DNA from: the human T2T-CHM13v2.0 reference genome, Homo sapiens
Direction: 5' to 3' (one strand)
Assembly: GCF_009914755.1 (NCBI RefSeq)
Contig: NC_060925.1
Length of the DNA: 64,000 nt
Under the pieces are notes generated by a model. It was not told the DNA's origin, did no database searches, and saw nothing but the letters and a program-made list of their open reading frames with translations. The position numbers were made by a program, and so were the translations under genes. Below, piece by piece: positions 44,851 through 58,822 of this stretch; position 1 is the first letter of the stretch, and each line of letters opens with the position of its first letter.

Positions 44851-45909
44851 CCTGTTTGCTTGTGGCAGGTAGTAAGGGGCATTAAGGGCTTTGAATGACC
44901 CAAATCCAATCAGGGAATGTAATGATACAAGCCTGGGCTTCAATACTTATTATAGATAGTTGGTCTATTTTTGGTTTATTCTTACTTCAAGGTATAGTTC
45001 TAAAGATTCCCAAGAGCTGTGGGTTACCAGCAATCAATCCCCACTACCACACACACATTGAGTTCTGATCAGCTTCTTAGCCACTAAGTTGTATCTTGGG
45101 GGAGGAGAATTATTGTATACTTCTAGATATATATAAAAAAGCAGCTCTACATTCCTGGTACACCTCATTGGGTATCTTTCTTTCTCATTAAAAGAACAAC
45201 TAAGACAATTAAGGTCTTAGCACCTGAATTCTTTCTTCATGGATTAACTGCCCCCACTCCCCACCATGTTTTTCTACTTGTTATCAAAGAGAAGGTGAAT
45301 CTAAATTGCTTAGCTCATTACTGCCAAAATCAACACTTTGTTTTAAGGACTTCTAATGAAGAAACACGGTTGGAGGGAAATTAAGTAATAGCACTTCAAC
45401 CAAACAATGGCAGAATTTGGAGAAGATGCTTGGTCTAACTCTTCCCTCAACTTCTTTGTTTCTTTCTTTCTCTTTCTCTCTTTAAATTTTGGCAAAAGCA
45501 CTTAACATGAGATCTACCCTTTCAATAAGTTTTTCAGTGTATAATATAGTACTGTTAATTATAGGCACTATTTGTACAGCAGATTTCTAGAACTTATTAA
45601 TCTTGCACAACTGAAACTTTATACCTGTTGAACAACTGGGGAGTTGTTTCCCCTCCCTCCTCCAGCCTCTGGCACCCACCATTCTACTCTCTGCTTCTAT
45701 GAGTTTGCCTTCAGATATTAACATCTTCTATAAGGTGGAATCAGGTCTTCAGCCAAAGGTGTGTCCCCCTGATTGATTTACTAAATGTGAACAACATTTA
45801 AAAATTTTTAAAAAAATTTTTGTGAGTACATAGTAGTTGTATATATTTATGGGGTACATGAGATATTTTGATACAGACATGTAATGTTGAACATTTTTTA
45901 ATCCATCAG

Positions 45910-46110
45910 GGGTATGTTGCCCAACACCAGATCTGGAGAATATCAGAATCATAAATGAAAGGAGGTATTTCACTGGTAGATGTGTCTATGCCTATGGAGA
46001 CTATATTTCATATATGTGTGATGAAGGCTATTACCCTATTTCTGTTGACGGGGAGAGTTCCTGCCACACAGATGGCACATGGAAGCCTAAAATGCCAGCA
46101 TGTGAGCCAG
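45910..46110 (+). pseudogene. C4BPAP1: C4BPAP1 exon, CCP6
   Basis: 201 nt open; VCCPTPDLENIRIINERRYFTGRCVYAYGDYISYMCDEGY...WKPKMPACEP. Confidence 0.93.
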
Positions 46111-47491
46111 GTAAGAATATTGAGAGAACCTGTCATAATCATTTCCTAGATTCCCCAAATGATTCCACTTGGTTCCACAAAAGATCGAAGTACTTAAAAC
46201 TAACTGAATTTGAGGTTGTTCCTGCAAGAAGCATTGTGCAAAAAGGATCACAGATACACATCACTAGCACCATGCAAGGCAGCTATAGAACAAAATATGT
46301 TGGAAGACAAACTTACAGGAGAAATTTTCTTTTAAGAGAAAACAGTAGAATTGATGAAGTCTTTCAGTCTCATTTTGTCATTTTCCTGCATGTGTACTGA
46401 TGTTTTAGTAAAGAGGGACACTACCTCACAATGCTCCATATTTATAAGTCAAGGGAGAAAACATGATTTACATATTGTGTAACAATGGAAGCTCCAGGTT
46501 GAAGAAGTGCTCTGTTAGGGAGAGTCTTGAAGCCTAGTGGCTGACGGTGTCAGCCTTTTCTTTCCTTGCTTTAACTCAGACCTACTGAACCACCTCTCTG
46601 TTGAAATACCACGAAGGAGAAGAAATAAGCATCTAAGGTGATAAACATCTGTCTCTTATCAGGATAAGACACTGAAAATGTTATTATTATGGAAGTATCT
46701 TCATTATGAAAGACTCTTCACATCAACACGATGGTGATTACTCGGTACTATAGTTTGGGTTTCTCTAAAAGCAAAGCTTGAGAAAATGACTTGGGAGCCA
46801 GTAGTTTATTTTGGAGGTGATTCTAGGAGGTAGGAGTCAGGGATGAGGGAGAGACAAGGGGAATCAGCAAAGGTGACTATTATGAGCAGCAGCGGCTCAA
46901 TTCTTTGGGACCACAGAGAAGTGTAAGGAATGCCTTTCATAATTATCTGTCTGAAGGATGGGAGACTGGGACATTTATCCAATACTTTCTGTTGCTCATT
47001 GGTTTAGGGTTGCCCTAAAGGGCAGTAACCGCTTCAGTAATTTAGTCAGTAACTGAGCCTCAATTGCAACTGTGCTCTTTCAGCTGCAAAGGAGGCTCCA
47101 AAGTAAGACTGACAGATTCACATTGAATGCTTTCTGTAGAACATCATCAGTGTAAATCTGAGCTTGTGTAAAATTATATATTTCATCTGCGACTGTAGTC
47201 AGAAGTCCAAAGGGACATGGCATGGGTACAAAGCATTTGTTACAATATATCCTTTGCACCACTCGATTTGTTTATGTCCCATTAATTAAACTCTATTAAT
47301 CTTAAGTAATCTACTGCTAACAAGTGTTATAAAAGGAAAGAACAGACATTGTTTATTGGAATAATCAAACAAAGCTTCATGGAGAAGTGGGACTTGAGAT
47401 AACAATTAGAGAAGGTAAGCAGATGCTAATAAAGGGGAGTCCCAGGAGGAAATATTAATATATAGAAGTGGAAATGTACATGACAAGTTTA

Positions 47492-47851
<360 letters not shown>

Positions 47852-48623
47852 CTAGATGAATTTGAAGGATCTATGAAAAAGGCCAATAGAGGTATTTTTA
47901 TTTTTTCATATGTCCATGGTTTGTTAAAGATGCTGATTATTTTATTTTTAGAAAATAGAGCATTTTAAAATCCCTGTCGCTTAGTTTTAATCTTCGGAGG
48001 CAATCATCCTTCAACACAGGACTTCCTTTGACATTCTCAGGGCTCTAAATTTGTTGCAATTTTTCATTCAAGAGTTCCTGAAACTTGAAAGTTCCCTTCT
48101 AGTATGACTACCCCAGCATTTCATATTACTTATGTCAACACTGAAATCATTGTTTAAATTGTAAGATATGGTAATTATGTTCTTATGGTATTGTAGTTAT
48201 GGACAAGATTGTTTGGGGATCCTGCAGTTATTCAGGGCCTTTACAACTATTCCTTTACTTTGCCTTACTTCTATTGAGAATGATTTTCATTTAATATGAC
48301 TCTCTATGGTTGAATTCATGCTTTCGTACCAAAGCTCATTTAATTTCCCTAAGCAGTGAAATATTTTAGTGATCATGTACACAAAAACCAAGAAAGGTCC
48401 TACAAAATGGAGAATTCTCTCAACCCAAGAGTTGCTTTCATTCACATCAAGCTTTTCTCTAGATTCTCAGCCTGAAAGCAGTAGAAATGTTGAGTTGCGT
48501 CAAGTTACCCTATGGAAAAAGGATTTGGATGGGAACATTTGAATCTCCTACAGATCATTCAGATTTGGGGAGATTAATCTGAAACTATGAGTTCATGCTC
48601 TTCTCTCTCTCTCATCATCCAAG

Positions 48624-48791
48624 TTTGCAGTTACCCTCCCAGTATTGCCCATGGACACTACAAGGAAGTTATTTTAATAACTCCTTATCCTGAGGCTACA
48701 TATGAATGTGATGAAGGATATGTTTTGGCTGGATTTGCTACAATCTACTGCAAGTCTTTTCACTGGCAACTTGCACCTCCTCAATGTAAAG
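48624..48791 (+). pseudogene. C4BPAP1: C4BPAP1 exon, CCP7
   Basis: 168 nt open, AAG acceptor as in C4BPA; CSYPPSIAHGHYKEVILITPYPEATYECDEGY...WQLAPPQCK. Confidence 0.92.
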
Positions 48792-49454
48792 GTAACTCCA
48801 ACTCAACTCATAATCCATAGAAGATAGAATTAGAAAACATTAATGGCAATGTTTCCTATTAATCAAAGGCAGCATAAATTTTGTCTTTATTTATTTATTC
48901 ATACTATTTAAATTATGCCTGATATATTTTAAAAAGTAATTGACAGGTATATTGAAAATGAACTTTACTTCCTACTCCAGTCTTCCAAAAGCATAGCTTG
49001 CCCTATGTTCAGAGAGAACCACTACTACCAGGTTCTTATATGTCTTTCCAGAATATGTTGAGACAGTATCTTTTACCTGAGAATACCTTTGTGGCTCTAG
49101 TTTTCATGAGAATCCTAAGTTAATTTCAACTACTCAAGAAAGAGGAATCTCAAGTGTTAATTCCCAAATTCTGAAGTGTTGGAAATCTCCACAAAAACTT
49201 CATGATGGTCACCATTTCCCCATGATATTTACATTTCCACTTTTGATTACCTGATGGTGGTGCTGTTGGTAAACCTGCTGTAGAAACAAGATGAATCAAG
49301 TAAGGCTCTGTCTCTTGATTGTGCTTGGAGCTTTCATCATTCTGCTAATAATCACCACTGGCTCTATTTAACCCAGGAAGATGATGAAGCAAGAACAATG
49401 GAAAGTACATATCAAGAATCCACAAATCAAGGCTGTGGGGTGCAGCAATTGAGA

Positions 49455-49640
49455 GCACCAATTCTTACCACTTATAAGCTATGTGATACTGAGGAAATAT
49501 TTAACTTTTCAGTTTCCTTGCTGGTAAAATTGTGATAATAATAGTATCTAACTCATAGATTGGTAGCAAGGTTTAAATGAGATAAGTAAAAAATTTAGCA
49601 CATAGATTGACATATAGTACTTGTTCAATAAATGCTAATT
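49455..49640 (+). mobile_element. MIR, positional paralogue of the MIR at 10775
   Basis: cagtttccttgctggtaaaattgtgataataatagtatctaactcatag..tcaataaatgcta. Confidence 0.72.
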
Positions 49641-49796
49641 ATTACTGTTATAATTATTATTAAAATAAAAGCATAGAACAACCTGCAGGACCAGAATATA
49701 ATTGTGAATACAATTTTGTATCCTTTTTATTATCCAATGCTGTTATGATGACTTTTTTTGAGAAACAGTGTGATCAAAAATACATTTTCATTACAG

Positions 49797-49972
49797 CTCT
49801 GTGTCTGAAACCAGAAATAGTGAATGGAAGGCTGTCTGTGGATAAGGATCAGTATGTTGAGTCTGAAAATGTTACCATTGAATGTGATTCTGGCTATGGT
49901 GTGGTTGGTCTCAAAAGTATCACTTGCTCAGAGAAGAGAACCTGGTACCCAGAAGTGCCCAGGTGTGAGTGG
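49797..49972 (+). pseudogene. C4BPAP1: C4BPAP1 exon, CCP8
   Basis: 176 nt open, 162/176 identical to 11067-11242. Confidence 0.95.
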
Positions 49973-50491
49973 GTAAGTGGCACAATTCAAGGAAGTTCTG
50001 TGCTACCAATCCCTAAAAATAGTGGCCTCTTCCAAGGTTCTGTTCCGGTTAGCAATGGGGAGATCTGACTTTTGTCAGGAAGCATAAGTAACTTACCACA
50101 ATTAGCACTTCCAAACTTGCATGGTGATAAGCCAAGAGAGACACATTTTCCTGCTCTGTGTCTAGAGCCCAAATCTCTAGACTTGAGAGTCTATTGACCC
50201 AGATGTCCTGACCCCTAGCTCTACATTTTCTACAATAAATGTTGTGCATTTGTTCCATTTCTGGTTGGTCCTCAGAACCATCCCTCAGTTGTCCGTGTGG
50301 ATGTGCTTTGCATCTCCTTTGGAGCCCAGCATCTTTTTAGCTTCAGACTGCTTGGTTGCTGCTCAAGGACAGATCTGGGCTTGGCTTGCATGTGAACACT
50401 TGCTAGGATGCACGGTCTCTCCTGATTTCCTATTTGTTCCTCAGGTCAATCTCCCTTTTGCCAGTAATGACTCTCAGAATGTACTCCCATC

Positions 50492-50865
50492 TTTATAGCA
50501 GCATGATTTATATTCCTTTGGGTATATACCCAGTAATGGGATGGCTGGGTCAAATGGTATTTCTAGTTCTAGATCCCTGAGGAATCATTCTTAGCAAACT
50601 ATCACAAGGACATAAAACAAAACACTGCATGTTCTCACTCATAGGTGGGAATTGAACAATAACACTTGGACACAGGAAGGGGAACATCAAACACCGGGGC
50701 TTGTTGTGGGGTGGTGGGAGGGGGTAGGGATAGCATTAGGAGATATACCTAATGTAAATGACGAGTTAATGGGTGCAGCACACCAACATGGCACATGTAT
50801 ACATATGTAACAAACCTGCACATTGTGCACATGTACCCTAGAACTTAAAGTATTAAAAAAAAAAA
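50492..50865 (+). mobile_element. Short L1PA with 5' inversion
   Basis: Perfect 16-bp TSD agaatgtactcccatc 50476-50491 and 50866-50881; 50492-50585 antisense, remainder sense with poly(A). Confidence 0.93.
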
Positions 50866-50910
50866 AGAATGTACTCCCATCCCCTACTCATTTCTTTAAA
50901 TCACTTTTAG

Positions 50911-51159
50911 GAGGCACCTGAAGGTTGTGAGCAAGTGCTCACAGGCAGAAAACTCATGCAGTGTCTCCCAAGCCCAGAGGATGTGAAAGTGGCCCTGGAG
51001 GTGTATAAGCTGTCTCTGGAGATAAAACAACTTGAAAAAGAGAGAGACAAATTGATGAACACCCATCAGAAATTTTCTGAAAAAGAGGAAATGAAGGACT
51101 TATTTTTCCCTTCAAATCAACATACAGAATCTTCACTCATCCACCCTACTCTTCCTTGA
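50911..51159 (+). pseudogene. C4BPAP1: C4BPAP1 terminal exon, oligomerisation domain with extended tail
   Basis: EAPEGCEQVLTGRKLMQCLPSPEDVKVALEVYKLSLEIKQLEKERDKLMNTHQK...PTLP, TGA 51157-51159; ATTAAA 51291-51296. Confidence 0.93.
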
Positions 51160-53330
51160 GCACCATCACTCTCATAAGGGTCTGGGCTAGGAGAACTTTC
51201 TTATTACTGCCAGAGAAAAATGTGTAATTATTGGTAATCTAGCCTTTTGTAGCTCAAATGTCCAGTTTCCTGGACTTGAAGTGCTGGTTAATTAAATAAT
51301 TATTTACCAAATATCAGTTTGTATTGTCATCTTGGTCAATATGTTGCATAAATATGATACACTCCAGTACACAAATCCACTGCCTAAAGTTTCTGTAATT
51401 AACTTTGCCTCACCTTTTTCGTACCTCAGAAAGAATGGAAGCCAGGAAATTCAAACCATGTTCATACCATAATCTTTATCTGAATGCCTTTACTCTGAAT
51501 CCCACATGTGCCTACCCTTAACCTACAGAAAAGGATACAAAACTCAAAGGATTTTCTGTAACATTACAGACAAAACCATTGTCTGTTTGATGGCCCCTGC
51601 CCATTAGTAACTCATCGCTTTACCCCTGCACAGAATTCCACTCTTCTCACTTTTAACAGCACTTTTAACAGATTGGGCTTGCATGCTGCTCAACTTTATA
51701 GAAATGGAATCATCCATTATGCACTCCTTCATATATGTTTTTTCCTTTAAATATTATATTTGTGAGATTCATCCATGTTATACATAGTTGAGGTTCATTT
51801 ATTTTCATTTCTATTTAGTATTCCACCAGTGTATGCATATATCACAATTAACTTATCTATCCTATTGTTGATGAACATTTGGGTTAGTTTTAGTTTTTTG
51901 GCTATCATGAATAGTGCTGCTACAAATATTTTTGCAAATGCCTTTTGCTGAATATTGACATTTTTTTCTCCGCATATACCTGAGGATGGGATTGCTGGCT
52001 TATAAGGTGTGTGTATGTGTTTGTTCAGTTTTCCAAAGCTGTTATAGCAAAACACACTCCTGCAGAACATGGAACACTTGCTATTGTTAATTGTTCTTTT
52101 TTTTTTTTTTTGAGAAATTCTGTTGGGTATCACATTGTGCTTTAAATTTGTTGTTCCCCAGTGATTAGTGAGGTTGAATTACTTTTCATATGTTTATTGA
52201 CCATTTAGATATTCCTTTTCTGTGAAGTTCTAGTTCAAGTCATTTACTCATTTTTCTATTGGATGATTTACCTAGTTCTAATTTAGTTGTAGGAGTTTTT
52301 AATATATTCTGGACAAAAGTCCTTTATGAGATATGTATTGCAAATATCTTTTTCCTGATCTATGGCCTGGCTTTTTTTACTTTTATAAAGTTATGTGTTT
52401 TATAAACATAAATTCCTAATTTTAATGTAGTACAATATATCAAGTGCTTCCTTTTTGATTAGTGTTTTGTATCCCATTTAAGAAATCTATGCCTACCCCC
52501 AAATCTTTGCCCATGTTTTCTTTTAAGATATTTAGAATTTTACTTTCACACCTAGAACTATGATCCACCCATAACTGCTATCGTGTAAGGTAAAGGACCA
52601 AGATTCATTTTTTTCCATATGGACATACAATTAATCTGGTATAATTTATTAAAAAGACCATCCTTTCTCCCATTGCTCTGTAGTGTCACTTTGTCATAAG
52701 CCAATTAGCTATGCATATTTGATGTTTGTTCTTGAGTCACAGTTGTTAGCCCTTGGTCTGTTTGGCTATCTTACGCCAATACCACAATGTCTTCTTTACT
52801 ACAGCTTCATAATGAGCCTTAATATCTGGCAATGTGGGTCCTTCTCCTATTCCTCCTCCACCGCCTCTTTAGATTACATTGACAACTTTGCTCCTTTGCA
52901 CTTAAATGAATTTTAAAATCAGCTTGTCAATTTTCACCAAAATTCTTTTGAAATTTTTATTAGAATGCATTTGATTGATGTATGAATTTGGGAGGAATTG
53001 ATATCTATACAACATTGTGCCTTCTAATCCATAAACATGGTATTTTCCTACATTTATTTATATCTTTTATTTATCTCTAGCTTTCAGTGAAGAGCTCTTA
53101 TACATCTCTCATTGAACTTACCTCTAGGCACCTGGCATTTTAAGTTTTACATTTATACAAAAATCTTTTTATATAATTTTTGGACAGTAGATAATTGTTT
53201 TTGATTGTTGATATTTTATTTGATAATCAGCTAATTCTAATTAATTTTTTATATGTCTTTGGCTTTTTAAAATTCCTAATTATGTCACCTGTGAGAAATA
53301 ACAGTTTGCCTTCCTTCCCCCTCCTACCAT

Positions 53331-53331
<1 letters not shown>

Positions 53332-53379
<48 letters not shown>

Positions 53380-53390
53380 CATCTATATAT
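53332..53390. repeat. (TATC)n tetranucleotide microsatellite
   Basis: About 12 near-perfect units. Confidence 0.95.
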
Positions 53391-53547
53391 CTGCCTGCCT
53401 TCCTATCTATCTATTTACTTAGCTAACATTCTATTCCCATGAATGGGACCGCAATTCAACGTACAATGGAAGTGAATATAGCAATTGTTCACGTCTTCTT
53501 ATTGATCTCAAGAGAAAAACTTTTAATGGCTCACTATTATGTAGTAT

Positions 53548-53590
53548 ATCTATGGCCATACCACCCTGAACATGCTCGATCTTGTCTGAT
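53548..53590 (+). rRNA. 5S rRNA pseudogene fragment (first 43 nt)
   Basis: atctatggccataccaccctgaacatgctcgatcttgtctgat versus 5S GTCTACGGCCATACCACCCTGAACGCGCCCGATCTCGTCTGAT, 37/43, mostly CpG transitions. Confidence 0.85.
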
Positions 53591-53998
53591 TGAGAAAGTT
53601 TCTTTTCATTCCTAATTTTCTAAGAGGTTTCCATTTTTATCATAAATTGTTGTTGAATTTTATCAAGTATGTTTTCTGCATCTAGCGAAGTTATCAAAAA
53701 CATTTTTTCTGTTAATGTAGAGGATGCTGTAATGTTATTTGTTGCTGCATAATAAATTACCCCAAAACTTGCTTAGTGGCTTAAAATGGTAACATTTACT
53801 TTGTTCATAAATCTGCAGTCTGGGCAGAACTTTGTGGAGGTTGACTTTGCTCTACTCAGCATCAGTAGAGGTGTCTCATAGACTGGGAGCTGGAATCATC
53901 TAAAGATTTGCTTACTCACATGTCTGGTATCTGAGCTGGGAAGACTTAACAAGCTGAGGGCTAGAACAACTGGGACTTCTCAGGCATCTCTGCCTTTA

Positions 53999-54950
<952 letters not shown>

Positions 54951-55196
54951 CTGAGGCATGTTCTACACTCTCTACCTGAGGTTCCTTAAGGGGTTTAGCT
55001 TCAGTAAACCACAAAGGTAACTTGCTCGCCAATGTAAACTGTATTTATTTTCTTCTCTCCCATTTTTACATCCTTATTCCTTTAATGGTGTATTCTAGGA
55101 TCTCATAAATTTCATAAAGTTCTTCCCAAGGACTGCATCTTGGTGGGCTAAGGCAAGTTCTTTTACATTCACATATTTTGTTCATTCAGTAGGGGT

Positions 55197-55555
55197 TGAT
55201 ATGGTTTGGCTGTGTCCCCACCCAAATCTCATCTTGAATTGTAGCTCCCATAGTTCCCATGTGTTGTGGGAGGGACCTGGTGGGAGATAATTGAATCATA
55301 GGGGTGGTTTCCCCCATACTGTTCTCATGGTAGTAAATAAGTCTCATGAGAGCTGATAGTTTTATAAGGGGAAACCCCTTTTGTTTGGTTTTCATTTCTC
55401 TCTTGCCTGCCACCATGTAAGACATGACTTTCACCTTCTGCCATGATTGTGAGGCCCCCCCCAGCCACATGGAACTGGGAGTCCATTAAATCTCTTTTTC
55501 TTTATAAATTACCCAATCTCTGGTATTATCAGCACCATGAAAATGGACTGATACA
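55197..55555 (+). mobile_element. THE1 solo LTR
   Basis: tgatatggtttggctgtgtccccacccaaatctc...gactgataca; TSD ggKgt. Confidence 0.93.
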
Positions 55556-57630
55556 GGTGTTAATATGATTATTTCATGGTGAGTTGAGCTATAGGAGTAA
55601 GGTTTTATACCTCATTATTGTCAACCCAATTTCTGCTTTTCTTGTCCTTTATTTAAGACAATAAATTCCTATTTTTTTGCACTTTATTTTTTCCATTACT
55701 GCACGAGCTTAAAATATCTCTACTGGAAATATCATAGAGACCATTCTAATTCCAAGCTCTTCTTTAAACATATGTGGAGATGAAGGCCTGGGTCACAGTC
55801 TCATGACTAAGCCACATGATTCTTGGTAGGTTATATGAGGATTTGGTCTCCTGATAAAATGGGCAGTTCAGAGTCTTTTCCACCATAGTAAAAGCAGAAA
55901 GTCCTTAGGCATACTCTCCTAAGTGATAGGCACAGAGTTCCACATAAAAAAGCTTAGTCTGATTTCATTAAATGCAATTAGTTTGACATAGTGAAAAGAG
56001 CTTGGGATTTGAATCAGACTTGGATTCAGAATCTGATTTTGCCACTGATCAGAAAAATTTAGAAAAGTATACTCAGTCTTTCCGAATAAGTTTCCTCTAT
56101 AAAATATGTCTACTAATATCCATGTTATAGGTTTGCTTTAAGAAATTAAATGCAATAATTTATGTAAAAGTTTGGAACATGTTTAATAAGCAGAAGCTGT
56201 TTCTTAAAAACAATATTCTACTTAACTATTTAAATGACCTCTTCTATCTACATAGTCAGATTTTATTTTAGTTCCTGTTTATCAGATGAATCAAACCACA
56301 TGATGGGTTCATTTGTTTTCCTTTCTTTCTAGGAAGGTTGAAATTCAATTGTGCTGTCAGCAATATTTACAAAGAACTCCACCCATTTATTTCTGGGAAA
56401 TGTTCCTCTTTATTTTTGAGAGTTAAGCACTTTGGTTGTTATGTGCCTATTATACTCATTACCACTCAGCTTGGTGTTAAAGGTCATTTTTGGATATTTT
56501 TTCAGCGTTCATTGTCCTCTGTGGATGAATATTTGTGTATACTCAAGTAACAAATATACATAGCTTCTCCAAGGGGCAAAATATGAAATCCAAGCTGTTA
56601 TCTTCACCTTTTCACTTCATGGAGACTAAAAGAAATAATTCAGGCATATGACTTAGGTAGTTATTAATGGACCAGTCTTAACCCAGATAGTTATTAATAA
56701 ACTAAGTCCTAGGTTTAGCAAATACAACTTATTGTTAACGTTTTACAACTTATCTTTTTGCGCTTTTGTCAGAGATATAATACTGGAAGGGAAGGGCCTC
56801 TACTTGGATCCAGCACCACTGAAAAGTTCTTAAAGTCATCATGATCCTTTCTATATTTATAATGCTTCATCCTCTACCATTTAATTTTTCACACAGGCTT
56901 TATCTGTGCTGTACACACCACTCTGAGAAACTTTCCTTTACTTTCCAATTAGTGTGGATGAATAATTTGATATCATAGATACATCGAGAAAACATAAATA
57001 TTGAGGGAGTAATTGTTTGAACTATATTTTTGGATTTTTTTTTACAATTATAAACTTGCATGCATTCTCTATTCCACTTAGGCTGTGGAGTGTTTAGGAA
57101 GAACATTTAACTATAGATTTTTTGAAATTTTTTCCTGCCTATTGGGAGATCACAGTAGTGACTGAAGATCTGACACCTCTGGGAGATGGTGTAAAACATG
57201 TCTCAGCATCTCACCCTGATACCTGAAGAACATGACACACATCTAAACTGTGCCTTGATTACTTGGAAATAAATGATGTATATACGTAGACAACAAGCAA
57301 TCAAGTGCCCCTGATAACAAGGGAAAGAAAGACAGTGAGAAAGTCTTGTGGTAATGAGTATAAATATCCACCAAATCCCAGAACTCTCATGTCCAGCTCA
57401 TATTGTTCCCCCAAGATCTGGAGCTTTATTGGATTGCTCCCTATTGGTCTTGTCCTGAACCTGATCTACCCAACTCTGCCCTGCCCTTCAGTGACTCAAA
57501 GCTGTGGCCTTCCCAAGACTTAGTTTCTTGGTTCAGGCATCAATTTACTAGAGATTTGGAGCACCAACTTTCATCTGATTTAGGGTGTCTGAGAATGCTG
57601 AGCCAAGTGCTGTGTCTGAGATTCTGCACA

Positions 57631-57713
57631 ATGCCTCCCAAGTTGCAGGGAATCTTCCCAGCACTGCCTCCCCAGGGTCCTGTCTCTTCTGTGGTTTCTA
57701 GCTGTCCTGTGTG
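57631..57713 (+). pseudogene. ApoR-like signal-peptide exon with a 2-nt deletion
   Basis: MPPKLQGIFPA[L, frameshift]CLPRVLSLLWFLAVLC-G|gtgagt; 83 nt versus 85 expected for 28 codons + phase 1. Confidence 0.8.
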
Positions 57714-58438
57714 GTGAGTACTGAGGTTATGGGGAAGAAGAGAACAAGAGGGGTAGTTTAAATCAAGATATGGTGAAGAATTCCTGGTTAAAAATTAGTG
57801 CAGTATGATCAAATGGTAATAATTTGGTATAATTTTGGAGAAATACAATGAAGTACATTATTAAGAAATATATTTAAATAGTTTTAGTTCTTTTGACATA
57901 ATCTTTAGTTATTTGGAAAGCAAAATATTATATAAATCTTTGAGAAGCTGATCTAACAAAAACCTTTAGTTTTTATATTAATGTATGTTACATAAAATTA
58001 TGTTTAAATGGATACTGTCAAATAATTTAAAATTAGCTATTCTAAAGGGTTGATTTTTTTCTATTGCATTAATAATTGAGAAGATTTTTGTCATTTAGAA
58101 AGGAAAATTTTATGTTGTTACAAATAATGAGTGCATTTACTAAAGTAAAATTATAAAGCATTGAGTAAACTGAAAACATTATATAGGATGTAAGGTATTT
58201 TATTGTAATTTAGGGAATAATTCTACCTTACCAAGAGCACTGAAAGAGTCTGTGAGAACTTGTAGGTCCCACTAGCGTAGTGCTGGCTATACATGCAGAT
58301 GTAATTGTTTTAATTTATAAATTAAGAATGCTAATAAAAAGTAATTTTTTTCTTCTGATATGATTTCTTTTTTAAAAGAAAACTTTCCTAAAAGTATTAA
58401 AAAATATTTTTACACACATCCCTTATGCCATCTATCAG

Positions 58439-58640
58439 AACACTTAAAGTAGAGCATTTGCATAGAATTTCAAAATCACTCAACAGAGAAGAAAATATTT
58501 CACCAATAGCTATGTCCATCTCTATGGTGACCATATTTCATATTCATGTGCTGTCAGGGATTTTCCCAGTTCTGAAGATAGAAAGATTTTATGCTGATCA
58601 GAGAGAATGTGGTGTCCCACAATGCCATTCTGTCAACCTG
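58439..58640 (+). pseudogene. Degenerate CCP6 exon
   Basis: KITQQRRKYFTNSYVHLYGDHISYSCAVRDFPSSEDRKILC*SERMWCPTMPFCQP; TGA 58595-58597; donor reads GC. Confidence 0.75.
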
Positions 58641-58675
58641 GCAAAAGCATTGAGATAATTTGTCAAGATTAATTT

Positions 58676-58822
58676 ATCTTTTTCTTTTTTAAATTTCAAT
58701 AGTCTTTTGGGGAACAGGGGTTTGGTTACATGAATAAGTTCTTTAGTGGTGATTTCTGAGATTTTGGTGCACCCATCACCTGAGCAGTGTACACTGTACC
58801 CAATGTGTAGTCTTTTATGTCC
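58676..58822 (-). mobile_element. Short L1PB-like 3' end
   Basis: T tract plus L1 3'UTR; TSD agattaattt. Confidence 0.75.

Larger units (their letters stand above)
51640..53720 (-). mobile_element. Old L1M 3' region
   Basis: Reverse ORF2 C-terminal remnants (IFVAALFMIAKK). Confidence 0.8.

Noticed and set aside
57403-57717. 104-aa ORF as a novel single-exon gene
   Set aside because: Better explained as the frameshifted ApoR-like leader exon plus flanking sequence
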